This document shows, in pieces, positions 26,126 through 35,968 of a DNA stretch of 46,393 bases. The notes under the pieces are model-generated. The model saw only the letters and a list, made by a program, of their open reading frames with translations. It did not search any database and was not told the DNA's origin. Each line of letters opens with the position of its first letter. Position 1 is the stretch's first letter. Source of the DNA: Clostridia bacterium (GTDB taxonomy: Bacteria > Bacillota > Clostridia > Christensenellales > DTU072). Location: NCBI GenBank assembly GCA_017533505.1, contig JAFXIB010000098.1, positions 1-46,393 of the forward strand. Reading direction: 5' to 3'. A program made the translations under genes and the position numbers.

Positions 26126-28219
26126 TTATGGGGTAACTATTGGTTGATATTTGGTGTAAGCTGAAATCCAAGTGTTTCCATTGGTTTCGATAACCTTTGT
26201 CTTTACACCATCAACTTCCTTTTCTACTTCTTTTGATGCGGTTCTTAATTCAAATGGAATTGAGATAGGAAGGGTTGAATCAGCATCGTATACATCATAG
26301 CTATCGGTGTTCTTGTTGTAAACATTGATGTTTGATGCTACATAAACAGCACATCCACCAAAGGAAGTCTTCATGCTGAGTCCCTTACCAAAGGTAATGG
26401 AGCCTTGTCCTTCTGCATACATAATGCTGAATACCTTGTTGTAGTTATCATATACGCCTTCGGTTTCGGGAGCTTGAACAATGAGCTCAATACCATCATC
26501 AACACAAAGAATAACATCGTGTCTTTCGCTAAGGCCTTTGACTCTAAAGATTTCATCAATGACTGCTGGAGTCAAAATATATGCATTGCCTTCCTTTTGG
26601 ATACCAGCAATCTCACCGATGTCAACGGTGCCCTTGTATCCAAGGTGTGCCATTGCCTTTGTATAGAAGGTTGCATTATTGGCAGAAGCACCATCACAAA
26701 CAAACAAGGTGGGAGCAATGGATTTCTTATCCTTTTCGGCAACACCTGTGTTTGTGAAGTCGTTGATGATTTCTTGTGGGGTACTATTGTTCTTGTAGAT
26801 TCTTTCTACAAGGCTGGTTTCAGTATAAGCCTCACTTGGGTCATAACTGAATAGACCTGCCATGTTGAGAGCATAAAGTGATGTTTCGGTTACAGCATCA
26901 CCAAGCTCTGTGCCGATATCTTGTACCTTGGTTGTTGGTGGAACAAGTGAAAGTACACCAACATCATGCTTATCCATAACTTGCTCCAAGGTAAGATCTT
27001 GCATTGCTTGAGAAAGTCCACTTACCTTTGTATCCGCCAAGGATTTTAGGAGTTTGGAGCTATCGTCACCAATGGTAACAACTTGACCAAGAGTTAGATC
27101 GTCAATTGCTGTTTGTAGCTTCTCTTTGTCAGCAAGGTCGTCCAAAGTAAAGTTTGCTATCTTAACCATGATGGCATGGCTTTTCTCGATGCCGTTTTCT
27201 GGGTCGTCCTCTTCGTGAATTTCAATGGCGTCACTAAGCTTCATTCCTTTGATAGCGCCGTCAAGTTCGTCAAGCTTTTTGCCTTTTAGGTATTGGAGAA
27301 CCTTTGAACTATCTTTACCGATTTCAACAGCATCACCGATAGTCATGGCTTTAATCTTTGCATCAATGCTATTCTCTGCATCACTGCTATCCAAAGTGCA
27401 GTCCTTGAGGAAAATCATTACTTTTGATGACTTTTTGATGCCGTTTTCTGGGTCGTCAGCTTCGTGAATTTCAATGGCGTCACTGAGCTTCATTCCTTTG
27501 ATAGCGCCGTCAAGTTCACCAATTTGTTTGTCTTGTAAGTAAACAAGTACTCCAGTGCTGTTTTCGTCAATATCAATTACTTCGCCAATTGTGCTTTCTT
27601 GGATGATACCATCCATGTTTTCAGAAACTTCTTTGATGGTCTTTTTGCCAAGCTTTTGGATAAGTGCGCTACTTGCTGGGTTTTCTTCGGTAGCTTCTTC
27701 GTCATAAACTACTTCGATGAAGCTATCAAGAGTGTTTTGGTCAAGATCGCCAAATGCTTCGCTAATAGGCTTTGCAAGGAACTCTTCGTCTTGGAAAAGT
27801 GGTAGGTCTGGAAGCTCAATTTCAAACTTGCTACTCATAACATCCATGGTTAGGTTGTCGGTGAGGGTTGCGCCAAGGTTTGAAAGGGAACTTTCGGCGA
27901 TGGTGCCAGCATCAATGCCAATTGCATCACTAATGGTTGTGGATATCTTGTTGATACCAACGGTTGCTTCAATATCTTTTATGGGAGTTGTAGAAAGGTT
28001 GCCAAAAATGGAAAGTATACCCTTACCATAATCCAAAATGGAAAGATTTTCCATTTCTTCATTGAGGTCCATGCCAACACTTGAGCCGACAGTTTCTTCC
28101 ACCTTCTTCATGGCGCCCTCTTTGGTAAGCAACATATAGCCGCCGCCCACAAGAGCAACAGCTATAATCAATACGCCTACAAATACGCCTACTACAAAGC
28201 CACCAAAATGTTTTAACAT
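26126..28219 (-). CDS. N-terminally anchored acidic protein with internal repeats (697 aa)
   Basis: It has a single N-terminal TM helix and repeated LDGAIKGMKLSDAIEIHExDDPENGIxKS units. It follows cvpA after a 25-nt gap. Confidence 0.65.
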   Translation of the reverse strand: MLKHFGGFVVGVFVGVLIIAVALVGGGYMLLTKEGAMKKVEETVGSSVGMDLNEEMENLSILDYGKGILSIFGNLSTTPIKDIEATVGINKISTTISDAIGIDAGTIAESSLSNLGATLTDNLTMDVMSSKFEIELPDLPLFQDEEFLAKPISEAFGDLDQNTLDSFIEVVYDEEATEENPASSALIQKLGKKTIKEVSENMDGIIQESTIGEVIDIDENSTGVLVYLQDKQIGELDGAIKGMKLSDAIEIHEADDPENGIKKSSKVMIFLKDCTLDSSDAENSIDAKIKAMTIGDAVEIGKDSSKVLQYLKGKKLDELDGAIKGMKLSDAIEIHEEDDPENGIEKSHAIMVKIANFTLDDLADKEKLQTAIDDLTLGQVVTIGDDSSKLLKSLADTKVSGLSQAMQDLTLEQVMDKHDVGVLSLVPPTTKVQDIGTELGDAVTETSLYALNMAGLFSYDPSEAYTETSLVERIYKNNSTPQEIINDFTNTGVAEKDKKSIAPTLFVCDGASANNATFYTKAMAHLGYKGTVDIGEIAGIQKEGNAYILTPAVIDEIFRVKGLSERHDVILCVDDGIELIVQAPETEGVYDNYNKVFSIMYAEGQGSITFGKGLSMKTSFGGCAVYVASNINVYNKNTDSYDVYDADSTLPISIPFELRTASKEVEKEVDGVKTKVIETNGNTWISAYTKYQPIVTP
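27191..27516. repeat. Intragenic tandem duplication (249-nt period)
   Basis: The ~80-nt blocks starting at 27191 and 27440 are near-identical (GCCGTTTTCTGGGTCGTC..TTCGTGAATTTCAATGGCGTCACT.AGCTTCATTCCTTTGATAGCGCCGTCAAGTTC). Confidence 0.85.
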
Positions 28220-28244
28220 ATGGGTTCTCCTTTAATAACTAACG

Positions 28245-29081
28245 CTATTTGCCAATACTACCCATCAATTCGCCAAGGTTTACGCTACTTACCAAGAAGT
28301 CGTATAGGAAGTTGTTTTCCATCAAGAACTTGGTTACAACGGTTTCGGATACAAGAGTATTGATGGTTTCCATGAATGCAAGTTGTGATAGTAGTTGTAC
28401 AACTGTCAAGAGTACGAGCACGAAGAGTGCGCCTGCTGCAAGACCGAAGATACCACCAAGCATCTTGTCGAGGAAGTGAACAACATATAGACGGGAAATG
28501 ATTTTTTGGAGTAGTTTGAGGATAAGTGCAATCAAAATCCTTACTACGATAAGTAGGATGATGAACATTGCAACTGTAAATACAATTGATACGATTGGTG
28601 TTGTTACGCCATCGATAAAGTCAATGGTGTTGTTTTGGTCTTGATAGTCTTCGTATTCATTGGCTTCTGCGTTTGCAACAAGTTGGTCTTCTACACTGGA
28701 GCGAAGAAGTCCTGCTACATTGATGAAGTTAAGAACGGGACTATCTTTGAAGATATCTTCAAATGGTGCCTTTACGCCATCGATTTCGTAGATAAGCTCT
28801 TTGGTTTCGCCATCGCCATCAATATCATAATAATAGATTTTTGCATATGCGTTGGGGAGCTTTTCTGCAAGAGGACTTTCGAGAGCATCTTGCAAGCTTT
28901 CGTCAAAAGATGTGCCTACGACAATAAGGTCGGTTGCAGGACCAACTGCAACAACTGATACAACAAGCACCAAAATTGTGGATACCAATCCAACACAAGT
29001 TTTGACCAATCCACGCTTGATGCCAACAGCAACCATTATAGCGATAATAGCAATCAAAACAATGTCAATAACCATTCCCAT
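28245..29081 (-). CDS. CvpA-family membrane protein with an inserted acidic loop
   Basis: The N-terminal helices resemble CvpA (IDIVLIAIIAIMVAVGIKRGLVK), and there are 4-5 TM segments. A GGAGG RBS is present. Confidence 0.5.
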   Translation of the reverse strand: MGMVIDIVLIAIIAIMVAVGIKRGLVKTCVGLVSTILVLVVSVVAVGPATDLIVVGTSFDESLQDALESPLAEKLPNAYAKIYYYDIDGDGETKELIYEIDGVKAPFEDIFKDSPVLNFINVAGLLRSSVEDQLVANAEANEYEDYQDQNNTIDFIDGVTTPIVSIVFTVAMFIILLIVVRILIALILKLLQKIISRLYVVHFLDKMLGGIFGLAAGALFVLVLLTVVQLLSQLAFMETINTLVSETVVTKFLMENNFLYDFLVSSVNLGELMGSIGK

Positions 29082-29135
29082 ATTAATAAGCCTCCTGATG
29101 GATATACTTCGCGAGTATATACCATACTATTATGT

Positions 29136-29164
29136 ATTTTAACATACGCGCGCATATAAGTCAA
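29136..29164 (-). promoter_or_regulatory. Sigma-A type promoter for the cvpA operon with a GCGCGC box in the spacer
   Basis: The minus strand reads TTGACT-TATATGCGCGCGTATGT-TAAAAT (17-nt spacer). Confidence 0.5.
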
Positions 29165-29235
29165 GAGCAAAAAACTGCCAATCCTGTCATAATAAACCAA
29201 GAATATTACCCACCTTTTTGGGAATATTCTAATAT

Positions 29236-29700
29236 ATGGCGATTCCGGTTATTCTTTGCATAGGCTCAACGCAGGTGATGGGCGACTCCCTCGGCCCAAA
29301 GGTCGGAGACCTTTTGCGTACAAAATATAATACCCCAGCATATGTTTATGGTGGCTCCAAAAACCCTGTCAATGGTGTCAATTATTATGATTATTATCGA
29401 TTTTTGAAAAAGAAACACCCCTTGAGCTTGATTATTGCCGTAGATGCTTGTGTCGGCAACAAGGAAGATGTGGGCAAAATCAAATATTCTTTGGACGGCT
29501 TGAAGGCTGGCGAAGCACTATCCAAAAACCTGCCAAAAGTGGGTGATATAGGTGTACTCGGCGTGGTTTGCGAGCGACAAGGCGACAATCTTAAAGCTCT
29601 TATGTGCTGTTCTTACCCTTTTATTGCTAATATGAGCGAAAAAATTGCATATAATATATCGCGCTTTATAGCCATTCCGCCAAAAAAGAATATTCTTTAA
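29236..29700 (+). CDS. yyaC: YyaC-family (DUF1256) putative sporulation protease
   Basis: The motif CIGSTQVMGDSLGPKVG matches the YyaC/GPR-like family signature CIGTDRxTGDxLGP. Confidence 0.7.
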   Translation: MAIPVILCIGSTQVMGDSLGPKVGDLLRTKYNTPAYVYGGSKNPVNGVNYYDYYRFLKKKHPLSLIIAVDACVGNKEDVGKIKYSLDGLKAGEALSKNLPKVGDIGVLGVVCERQGDNLKALMCCSYPFIANMSEKIAYNISRFIAIPPKKNIL

Positions 29701-29729
29701 TTGCGCTTTAATGGTTGGTGTGTTATAAT
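29701..29729 (+). promoter_or_regulatory. Extended -10 promoter for ftsH
   Basis: The sequence is TTGCGC, a 17-nt spacer, then TATAAT preceded by TGT (TGnTATAAT). Confidence 0.55.
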
Positions 29730-29785
29730 GTGATAAATATTAGATATATTGGCGTTTTTAACAGAAATTAACGCAAGAGGATAAA

Positions 29786-31930
29786 ATGAACCCAAAACCA
29801 AACAATAAAAGAACCTTTTTGATCATTGCCATAATGGTAGTTGCTGTGCTTGTTTTGGCAATCATCTTAACAAACACCATGAAGGTAGAGCCTGAAGTGT
29901 TAAGCTACGATGCCCTTGTTGGCAAAGTTAAGGAAGGCAAAGTCGAAGCTCTTTACTTTGATGGCGATTATATCGTAAATGTTCTCTACACCAAAGACGG
30001 CGAAACATCCAACGAAGACTACGCAAAGAGAGTTGCTGACTTCAAAAATGGCAAGTACAAAGATGCAACTGCTGTAATTACCTATCGTAATAACTTTGTT
30101 CTTGCTCTTGAGAATTTGCAAAAAGACGGCGCTATCTCTGATATGCCCGAAATTTGGCTAAACGACCCAAGTGAAGGTAGTTTCTGGAGCTATGTTCCAT
30201 ACATCATTTCTATCGTTGGCCTAATTGGTATTGCAATTTTCTTCTTTGTAATGCTACGCAAGCAAGGTGGTGGCGGAAACGCTATGAACTTTGGCAAGAC
30301 CAAATCCAAGGCTGTCGATAAGGTAAAAGTTCGCTTTACTGATGTTGCTGGTGCAGAAGAAGAAAAACAAGAACTCAAAGAAATTGTAGAATTCCTAAAG
30401 CAACCCAAAAAGTTCAAGGAAATCGGTGCAAAAATACCAAAGGGTGTTCTTTTGGTTGGCCCTCCCGGAACTGGTAAGACTTTGTTTGCAAAAGCTGTTG
30501 CTGGCGAAGCAAATGTGCCATTCTTCTCAATAAGTGGCTCCGACTTTGTAGAAATGTTTGTTGGTGTCGGTGCAAGCAGAGTTAGAGACCTATTTGCACA
30601 AGCTAAAAAGGCTCAACCTTGTATCGTATTCATCGACGAAATCGATGCAGTAGGTAGAAAGCGTGGTGCTGGTCTTGGTGGTGGCAACGACGAACGCGAG
30701 CAAACCCTAAACCAACTCCTTGTTCAAATGGACGGCTTTGAAGAAAACGAGGCTATCGTCATTATGGCAGCAACCAACCGTGCCGATGTCCTTGACCCAG
30801 CCCTACTCCGTCCAGGTAGATTTGATAGACAAATTTATGTCAACCTACCAGATGTTCGTGGCAGAGAAGCTATCTTCCGTGTTCATGCACGCAACAAACC
30901 ACTTTCTCCAGAAATCGACTTTAAGAATCTTGCTCGTCTAACCACTGGTTTTAGTGGCGCTGATATTGCAAACCTACTCAACGAAGCAGCCATCATTGCT
31001 GCCCGTGAGGACAGAAAGATAATTTCCATGGTTGATATACTTGAGGGTATCAATAAGGTTATTGCAGGACCCCAAAAGCGCAGTAGAGTGGTCACCGAAA
31101 AGGATAAGCGCATCACTGCTTACCACGAAGCTGGACATGCTCTTGTGGGCAGAGTTTTGAAGAATTGTGACGCTGTACAAGAAGTATCTATCATCCCTCG
31201 TGGCAGAGCTGCAGGATATACTATTTCTCGTCCAAAGTCAGATGATGCACATACCACACTATCACATCTACACGACACCATCGCCATGACAATGGGTGGT
31301 AGAGCTGCTGAAGAACTAATCATTCGCGACATCACAACTGGCGCAAGCCAAGATATCAAACATGCAACAAGCATTGCTCGTAGCATGGTTACCGAATGGG
31401 GTATGTCACCAGAACTACGCAATGTATACTTTGGTGGCGAACAGGAAGTATTCATCGGCAGAGATTATCAAACCCAAGCAAGCTACTCTGACGAAGTTGC
31501 TGCTATCATTGATGCCGAAATCAGAAAGATTGTTGACAATGCTTACGACAGAGCCCTTGCTACTATCAAGGAAAATGAAGATAAGCTCCATGTAATGGTT
31601 GCCTTACTATTCCAACACGAAACCATTTATGGCGACGAGGTTGACCTAATTATGGAAGGCAAGAGTGCAGAAGAAATCACTGCATATATCGAAGATAAAA
31701 AGGCAAAGCGCGAGGCTGAAGCAAAGACTAAAGCCGAAGAAGCAAAGCGCGCTCAAAACCCACTTGGCAATCCAAAAGACTTTATCGTTTCCGAAGAGCC
31801 AACCATAACAATCTCCGAGCCCATTATCTTGGAAGGCAACATCGAAGAAGCTCCCACCGAGCCCGAAAAGGTAGAGCCAACAGAAGTGGACACTCCCACC
31901 GAGGACAACCAAAACAACGACAAAGAATAA
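29786..31930 (+). CDS. ftsH: ATP-dependent zinc metalloprotease FtsH
   Basis: It has two N-terminal TM segments, AAA+ Walker A (GPPGTGKT) and Walker B (IVFIDEIDA), the SRH region and the HEAGH zinc site. The C-terminal tail is acidic. Confidence 0.95.
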   Translation: MNPKPNNKRTFLIIAIMVVAVLVLAIILTNTMKVEPEVLSYDALVGKVKEGKVEALYFDGDYIVNVLYTKDGETSNEDYAKRVADFKNGKYKDATAVITYRNNFVLALENLQKDGAISDMPEIWLNDPSEGSFWSYVPYIISIVGLIGIAIFFFVMLRKQGGGGNAMNFGKTKSKAVDKVKVRFTDVAGAEEEKQELKEIVEFLKQPKKFKEIGAKIPKGVLLVGPPGTGKTLFAKAVAGEANVPFFSISGSDFVEMFVGVGASRVRDLFAQAKKAQPCIVFIDEIDAVGRKRGAGLGGGNDEREQTLNQLLVQMDGFEENEAIVIMAATNRADVLDPALLRPGRFDRQIYVNLPDVRGREAIFRVHARNKPLSPEIDFKNLARLTTGFSGADIANLLNEAAIIAAREDRKIISMVDILEGINKVIAGPQKRSRVVTEKDKRITAYHEAGHALVGRVLKNCDAVQEVSIIPRGRAAGYTISRPKSDDAHTTLSHLHDTIAMTMGGRAAEELIIRDITTGASQDIKHATSIARSMVTEWGMSPELRNVYFGGEQEVFIGRDYQTQASYSDEVAAIIDAEIRKIVDNAYDRALATIKENEDKLHVMVALLFQHETIYGDEVDLIMEGKSAEEITAYIEDKKAKREAEAKTKAEEAKRAQNPLGNPKDFIVSEEPTITISEPIILEGNIEEAPTEPEKVEPTEVDTPTEDNQNNDKE

Positions 31931-31945
31931 TTGTTTATTACAATA

Positions 31946-31976
31946 AGAAAGCGCTCAAACGAGCGCTTCTTTTTTA
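31946..31976. terminator. Bidirectional intrinsic terminator between convergent ftsH and the radical SAM gene
   Basis: The hairpin is AGAAAGCGCTC-AAAC-GAGCGCTTCT followed by T5, and an A/T run on the other side serves the minus strand. Confidence 0.75.
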
Positions 31977-32828
31977 TTCTTTTGTATCAAAATCTGGAAT
32001 GTATTCTTCTTCGGCAGAGGAGATTTCTTGGGTGAAGATGTTGGTTAAGCCAAGCTTTAGAGCATGGTTAATTATCATTTTGTACTCAATTGGTTTAAGA
32101 CGACGGTTGGGGTCGGTGCAGTTGGGCATGGGAGTAAATTGCGACATCAAACTTATGGTTAGGTCGGTGCCAATGCGCTCAACAAGTAAGTCCAATGCGT
32201 GCTTGGAGTTATCAAGATATCCCGGCAAAATAAGATGCCTAATGATTACCCCTTGCTTTAGCATATCACCATTATAAATGGTGGGTTTTTCCTTTACCAT
32301 TAGCTCAATAGCATCAAGGGCTACACTGGGATAATCTCCCCTTTTAGACAACCTTTTTGCAAGAGTACAATCACTATATTTGTAATCTGGCAAGAAAATA
32401 TCAACATAAGGCATCAGCCCTTTGAGTACATCAAGGTCTTCGTATCCAGATGTATTGTAGACTATTGGAACATTTGGACGATAGATATCAAGTGTCCTTT
32501 TGATTTGGTCGCTCCATTGGGTGGGGGTAACAAAATTTATGTTGTGAACACCCTTGTCCTCCAGCCTTTTTATCTCGTCTGCAAGCTCCCTGGGTGTATA
32601 CTTTTTGCCCTTTGGCGCCCTACTAATAACGGCATTTTGGCAAAAATCACATTTCATTACGCATCCACCAAAGAAAACCGTTCCACTACCATTATTACCA
32701 CTTATCGGGGGCTCTTCGTAGTAATGTGGAGCTATTCTGTTGATAACCATATCTTGTCCACACAAACAAGCACCCAACTGGGTGCTACGGTCAATGTTAC
32801 ATTTGTTTGGACAAAGATTACACTTCAT
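31974..32828 (-). CDS. PflX-like radical SAM protein (pyruvate formate-lyase activase homolog family)
   Basis: An N-terminal Cys cluster (CNLCPNKCNIDR...GAC) precedes the radical SAM motif CVMKCDFC. Confidence 0.6.
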   Translation of the reverse strand: MKCNLCPNKCNIDRSTQLGACLCGQDMVINRIAPHYYEEPPISGNNGSGTVFFGGCVMKCDFCQNAVISRAPKGKKYTPRELADEIKRLEDKGVHNINFVTPTQWSDQIKRTLDIYRPNVPIVYNTSGYEDLDVLKGLMPYVDIFLPDYKYSDCTLAKRLSKRGDYPSVALDAIELMVKEKPTIYNGDMLKQGVIIRHLILPGYLDNSKHALDLLVERIGTDLTISLMSQFTPMPNCTDPNRRLKPIEYKMIINHALKLGLTNIFTQEISSAEEEYIPDFDTKE

Positions 32829-32829
32829 A

Positions 32830-33708
32830 CTAAATAAAGGGAATGGAGCCTGTTGCTATCCATGTTACTACACACAAAAGTAGTACAGCAACAACTTGGA
32901 GTCCCAAGTATACATACAATGAGTATCTACCTGGTATGGTAAGGAACTTGTGCCACTTTCCATCAAGCTTGGGAAGTAAACTTTCCTTATTAGGATAAAG
33001 AAGTGGGGATATACCTGCGCCAAGCATAAAAAAGCCAAAGAATGGCAAAAGTGGGAAGTAGTCAGCTGTCCACCACTCTCTTACAAAGACAAACATACCA
33101 GCAAAATCCCAGTCTGCCTTGACTGTTGCATTGTACACATTTACATCATAAAGGGTTACATTTGTGGTGTAGTTTACAACAAGAAGGGCAACGGCGATTG
33201 CCAGATAAATGCCGGCTTTTATAAATCTATAATGCTTGAATTTTTGGAATGAAATTTTGGTAATAAACTCAACAAGAGAATATAGCAAAATGCAAAGTGC
33301 CAAGCAATGCAATACTCCAAAGAGAATGAAGCTACCAGAGAATCCCATATATTCTTGAAGCAAATATGTTACAACGGACACGCATACTGCTACAAGTGCG
33401 AGCTTCAATCCACGGAAAAAGTTATTCCTTGAAAATGTCGTACAGGTGCCAGATACAAAAAAGAATATGAAAACAAAGAAAGGCCAGCCAATTACGCGCA
33501 ACATACCATCGTGATAGGTGCGTGCAAATTCGCTTGCCTTCAGTAGTCCATCTGCGCCAAGATTTTGCCACTCATAATAGAACATATATGCAAGGTCGTA
33601 CATAAAATGGTCCCACACTACACTGAGTATTGCAAGACCACGGAGAGCATCAAGCTCCCATGCGCGTACGCCCTTTTTTCTACCTAAAATAGCACCACCT
33701 TTTGCCAT
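32830..33708 (-). CDS. DUF1624 (heparan-alpha-glucosaminide N-acetyltransferase-like) membrane protein
   Basis: It has the N-terminal motif ELDALRGLAILSVVWDH followed by ~9 TM helices. Confidence 0.5.
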   Translation of the reverse strand: MAKGGAILGRKKGVRAWELDALRGLAILSVVWDHFMYDLAYMFYYEWQNLGADGLLKASEFARTYHDGMLRVIGWPFFVFIFFFVSGTCTTFSRNNFFRGLKLALVAVCVSVVTYLLQEYMGFSGSFILFGVLHCLALCILLYSLVEFITKISFQKFKHYRFIKAGIYLAIAVALLVVNYTTNVTLYDVNVYNATVKADWDFAGMFVFVREWWTADYFPLLPFFGFFMLGAGISPLLYPNKESLLPKLDGKWHKFLTIPGRYSLYVYLGLQVVAVLLLCVVTWIATGSIPFI

Positions 33709-33709
33709 G

Positions 33710-34645
33710 TTACTCTCCCTTGCTTACAATGGTTTTGAGTGTCTTTTCGCCACCATTGAGATCATATACTTCAAACCTATCGGAGTACTCGTGTATCAAG
33801 GTGTTAGGCTCTATTGCCGATAGATAAATTTTGGGTTCTTCCCTTTGTTGTTTAGCGCTTTGCTGATAGGAATACTGCTCCATTTTGGGTTGCTCATAGC
33901 GTGTTTTGGGCTCCCCATGTGGATTATTTAGTGCGCTAAAATAGTTGACTTCGTCATATCTTGGAGAAACAGGAGCTTCTCTTTTTAGGGGGCTGATGGG
34001 TGGCTGATAAGCATTTTTGATCTCTGGCATATCGCTCACAGTTTGTCCCCAATCACCACTAAAGTAGTTGATTTCGTCATACCTACTTTTTGGCGCGTTA
34101 TCGGTGGGCAATGGATGTGCTCCAACCACTTCTTCGTACCTGTGGAGTGCGTGTGCTGCTGCATCGTGACGATAGGAGTCAATCAAGCGCTCCTCGCGTG
34201 CAATTTCTTCCCTTATTCTTTCGGCACGAAGATCCTCAAGCTTGCGCTCTTGTGCGCGCATTTCTTCTTCGCGCTCCAAGCGCTCCTCTTCTTCAAGCTC
34301 TGCCTTCAGGCGCTCGGCTTTCAAGCGCTTTTTTTCTTTGAGTCTATCAAAGAAGCCTTGCTTTGGCTCTTCGTCAAGCACTTTGGTTTCTTTCTTCTTT
34401 TTGCCCTTTTTACCCTTGTCACGGAAAGCTATCATCAAGGATAAAAGCGCACTTAATCCAAAGCCTACAAGATAGAGAATGGCGTATAAGCTTCCATCAA
34501 ACGGGTTGAATCCCCATCCAGCATAAAGCACTACTCCCACAAATGCATATATGATTGCAAGTGAGAATAGCTTACATATGCCGAGTATGAGTTTGAAGAG
34601 TGACTTCAAAATTCCACTTATTACGCCTGTTGTTACGGGTGTCAT
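33710..34645 (-). CDS. Membrane-anchored coiled-coil protein, unknown function
   Basis: Two or three N-terminal TM helices are followed by a K/E/R-rich helix (ERLKAELEEEERLEREEE...). The motif RYDE(I/V)NYFS occurs twice. Confidence 0.55.
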   Translation of the reverse strand: MTPVTTGVISGILKSLFKLILGICKLFSLAIIYAFVGVVLYAGWGFNPFDGSLYAILYLVGFGLSALLSLMIAFRDKGKKGKKKKETKVLDEEPKQGFFDRLKEKKRLKAERLKAELEEEERLEREEEMRAQERKLEDLRAERIREEIAREERLIDSYRHDAAAHALHRYEEVVGAHPLPTDNAPKSRYDEINYFSGDWGQTVSDMPEIKNAYQPPISPLKREAPVSPRYDEVNYFSALNNPHGEPKTRYEQPKMEQYSYQQSAKQQREEPKIYLSAIEPNTLIHEYSDRFEVYDLNGGEKTLKTIVSKGE

Positions 34646-34651
34646 ATCTTA

Positions 34652-35932
34652 CTATTTGATTACTTCCAAACCACCAAGATACTTGCGTAGTACTTCTGGT
34701 ACTGTTACAGAGCCATCTGCATTTTGATATTGCTCAACGATAGCTGGGATAACACGGCTGGTTGCAAGACCACTGCCATTCAAGGTGTGAACATATTGTG
34801 GCTTGCCAGTCTTGGAATCACGATAACGAGTGTTATTACGGCGTGCTTGATAGTCGTTTGCGTTGGATACGCTGGATACTTCCTTGTAAATGCCCATTGA
34901 TGGAATCCATACTTCGATATCATAGGTGCGTGCCATACTTGCAGAACAGTCCCCTGCTGCGAGCTTGGATACTCTAAAGTGAAGTCCAAGTTTTTCAACC
35001 AAGCTTGCTGCCTTGTTGAGTAGCTCTTCAAATGCAACCATGCTTTCTTCGGGCTTTGCGTATTGTACCATTTCAACTTTGTTGAATTGGTGACCACGAA
35101 TCATTCCACGCTCTTCGCTTCTGTATGAGCCAGCTTCCTTACGATAGCAAGGTGTATATGCAAACACCTTGAGTGGAAGCATTGATTCGTCCATGATTTC
35201 GCCAGCATAGATGTTGACAAGTGCAGTTTCTGCTGTTGGGAGCATAAATCTGTTCTTCTTTCTGTCTTCTTCGCCTTCAAGCCAATATACTTCTTCGCTG
35301 AACTTGGGGAATTGACCTGCGCCCAATCCACAGTTGTATCCAAGTTGGTGTGGGGGAAGAATGAACTCGTAGCCATCGTTCAAATGCTCGTCAATAAAGA
35401 AGTTGAGGAGTGCCCACTCGAGGCGTGCGCCCAATCCACGATATAGCCAGAAGCCACCACCACTGAGCTTTACACCTCTTTCGTAATCGATAAGGCCAAG
35501 TGATGTGCATAGGTCAACATGGTTCTTTGCCTTGAAATCAAAGTTTGGCTTTTCGCCTACCATTTTGATAACTACATTGTTTTCCTTTTCGCCACCTACC
35601 AAATCGGGGTCGGGAATGTTGGGAAGACGAAGTAGAAAATCATTTATCTTTTCCTCAAGCTCTGCAACTTTCTTGTCGCATAGAGAGATTTCTTCACCAA
35701 GATTTCTCATCTCTTCAAAGATGTGCTCAACTGGTTGGCCAGCCTTTTTGAGCTTTGGAATTTCAGCTGAAACCTTGTTTCTTTGAGCCTTGAGTGATTC
35801 TACATTTTGTTTGGATGTCTTTCTTTCTGCATCCCAGCTGAGTAACTCGCTAAAATCTACTATACAGCCCTTTTTAGCAAGTGCATCTGCTACCTTTTGT
35901 GCATCGTTTCTGATAAGATTCAGATCTAACAT
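34652..35932 (-). CDS. serS: Seryl-tRNA synthetase
   Basis: It has an N-terminal coiled-coil arm and class II motifs (FRxE-like CYRKEAGS, GSGLATSRV). Confidence 0.95.
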   Translation of the reverse strand: MLDLNLIRNDAQKVADALAKKGCIVDFSELLSWDAERKTSKQNVESLKAQRNKVSAEIPKLKKAGQPVEHIFEEMRNLGEEISLCDKKVAELEEKINDFLLRLPNIPDPDLVGGEKENNVVIKMVGEKPNFDFKAKNHVDLCTSLGLIDYERGVKLSGGGFWLYRGLGARLEWALLNFFIDEHLNDGYEFILPPHQLGYNCGLGAGQFPKFSEEVYWLEGEEDRKKNRFMLPTAETALVNIYAGEIMDESMLPLKVFAYTPCYRKEAGSYRSEERGMIRGHQFNKVEMVQYAKPEESMVAFEELLNKAASLVEKLGLHFRVSKLAAGDCSASMARTYDIEVWIPSMGIYKEVSSVSNANDYQARRNNTRYRDSKTGKPQYVHTLNGSGLATSRVIPAIVEQYQNADGSVTVPEVLRKYLGGLEVIK

Positions 35933-35968
35933 ATATTGCCTCCGTGAGTTATTTCTATTGCTATCAAC

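Noticed and set aside
35933-35968. T-box leaders upstream of serS and alaS, which are common in Firmicutes.
   Set aside because: The serS upstream gap is only 36 nt and alaS overlaps apgM by 4 nt, so there is no room for a ~200-nt T-box.
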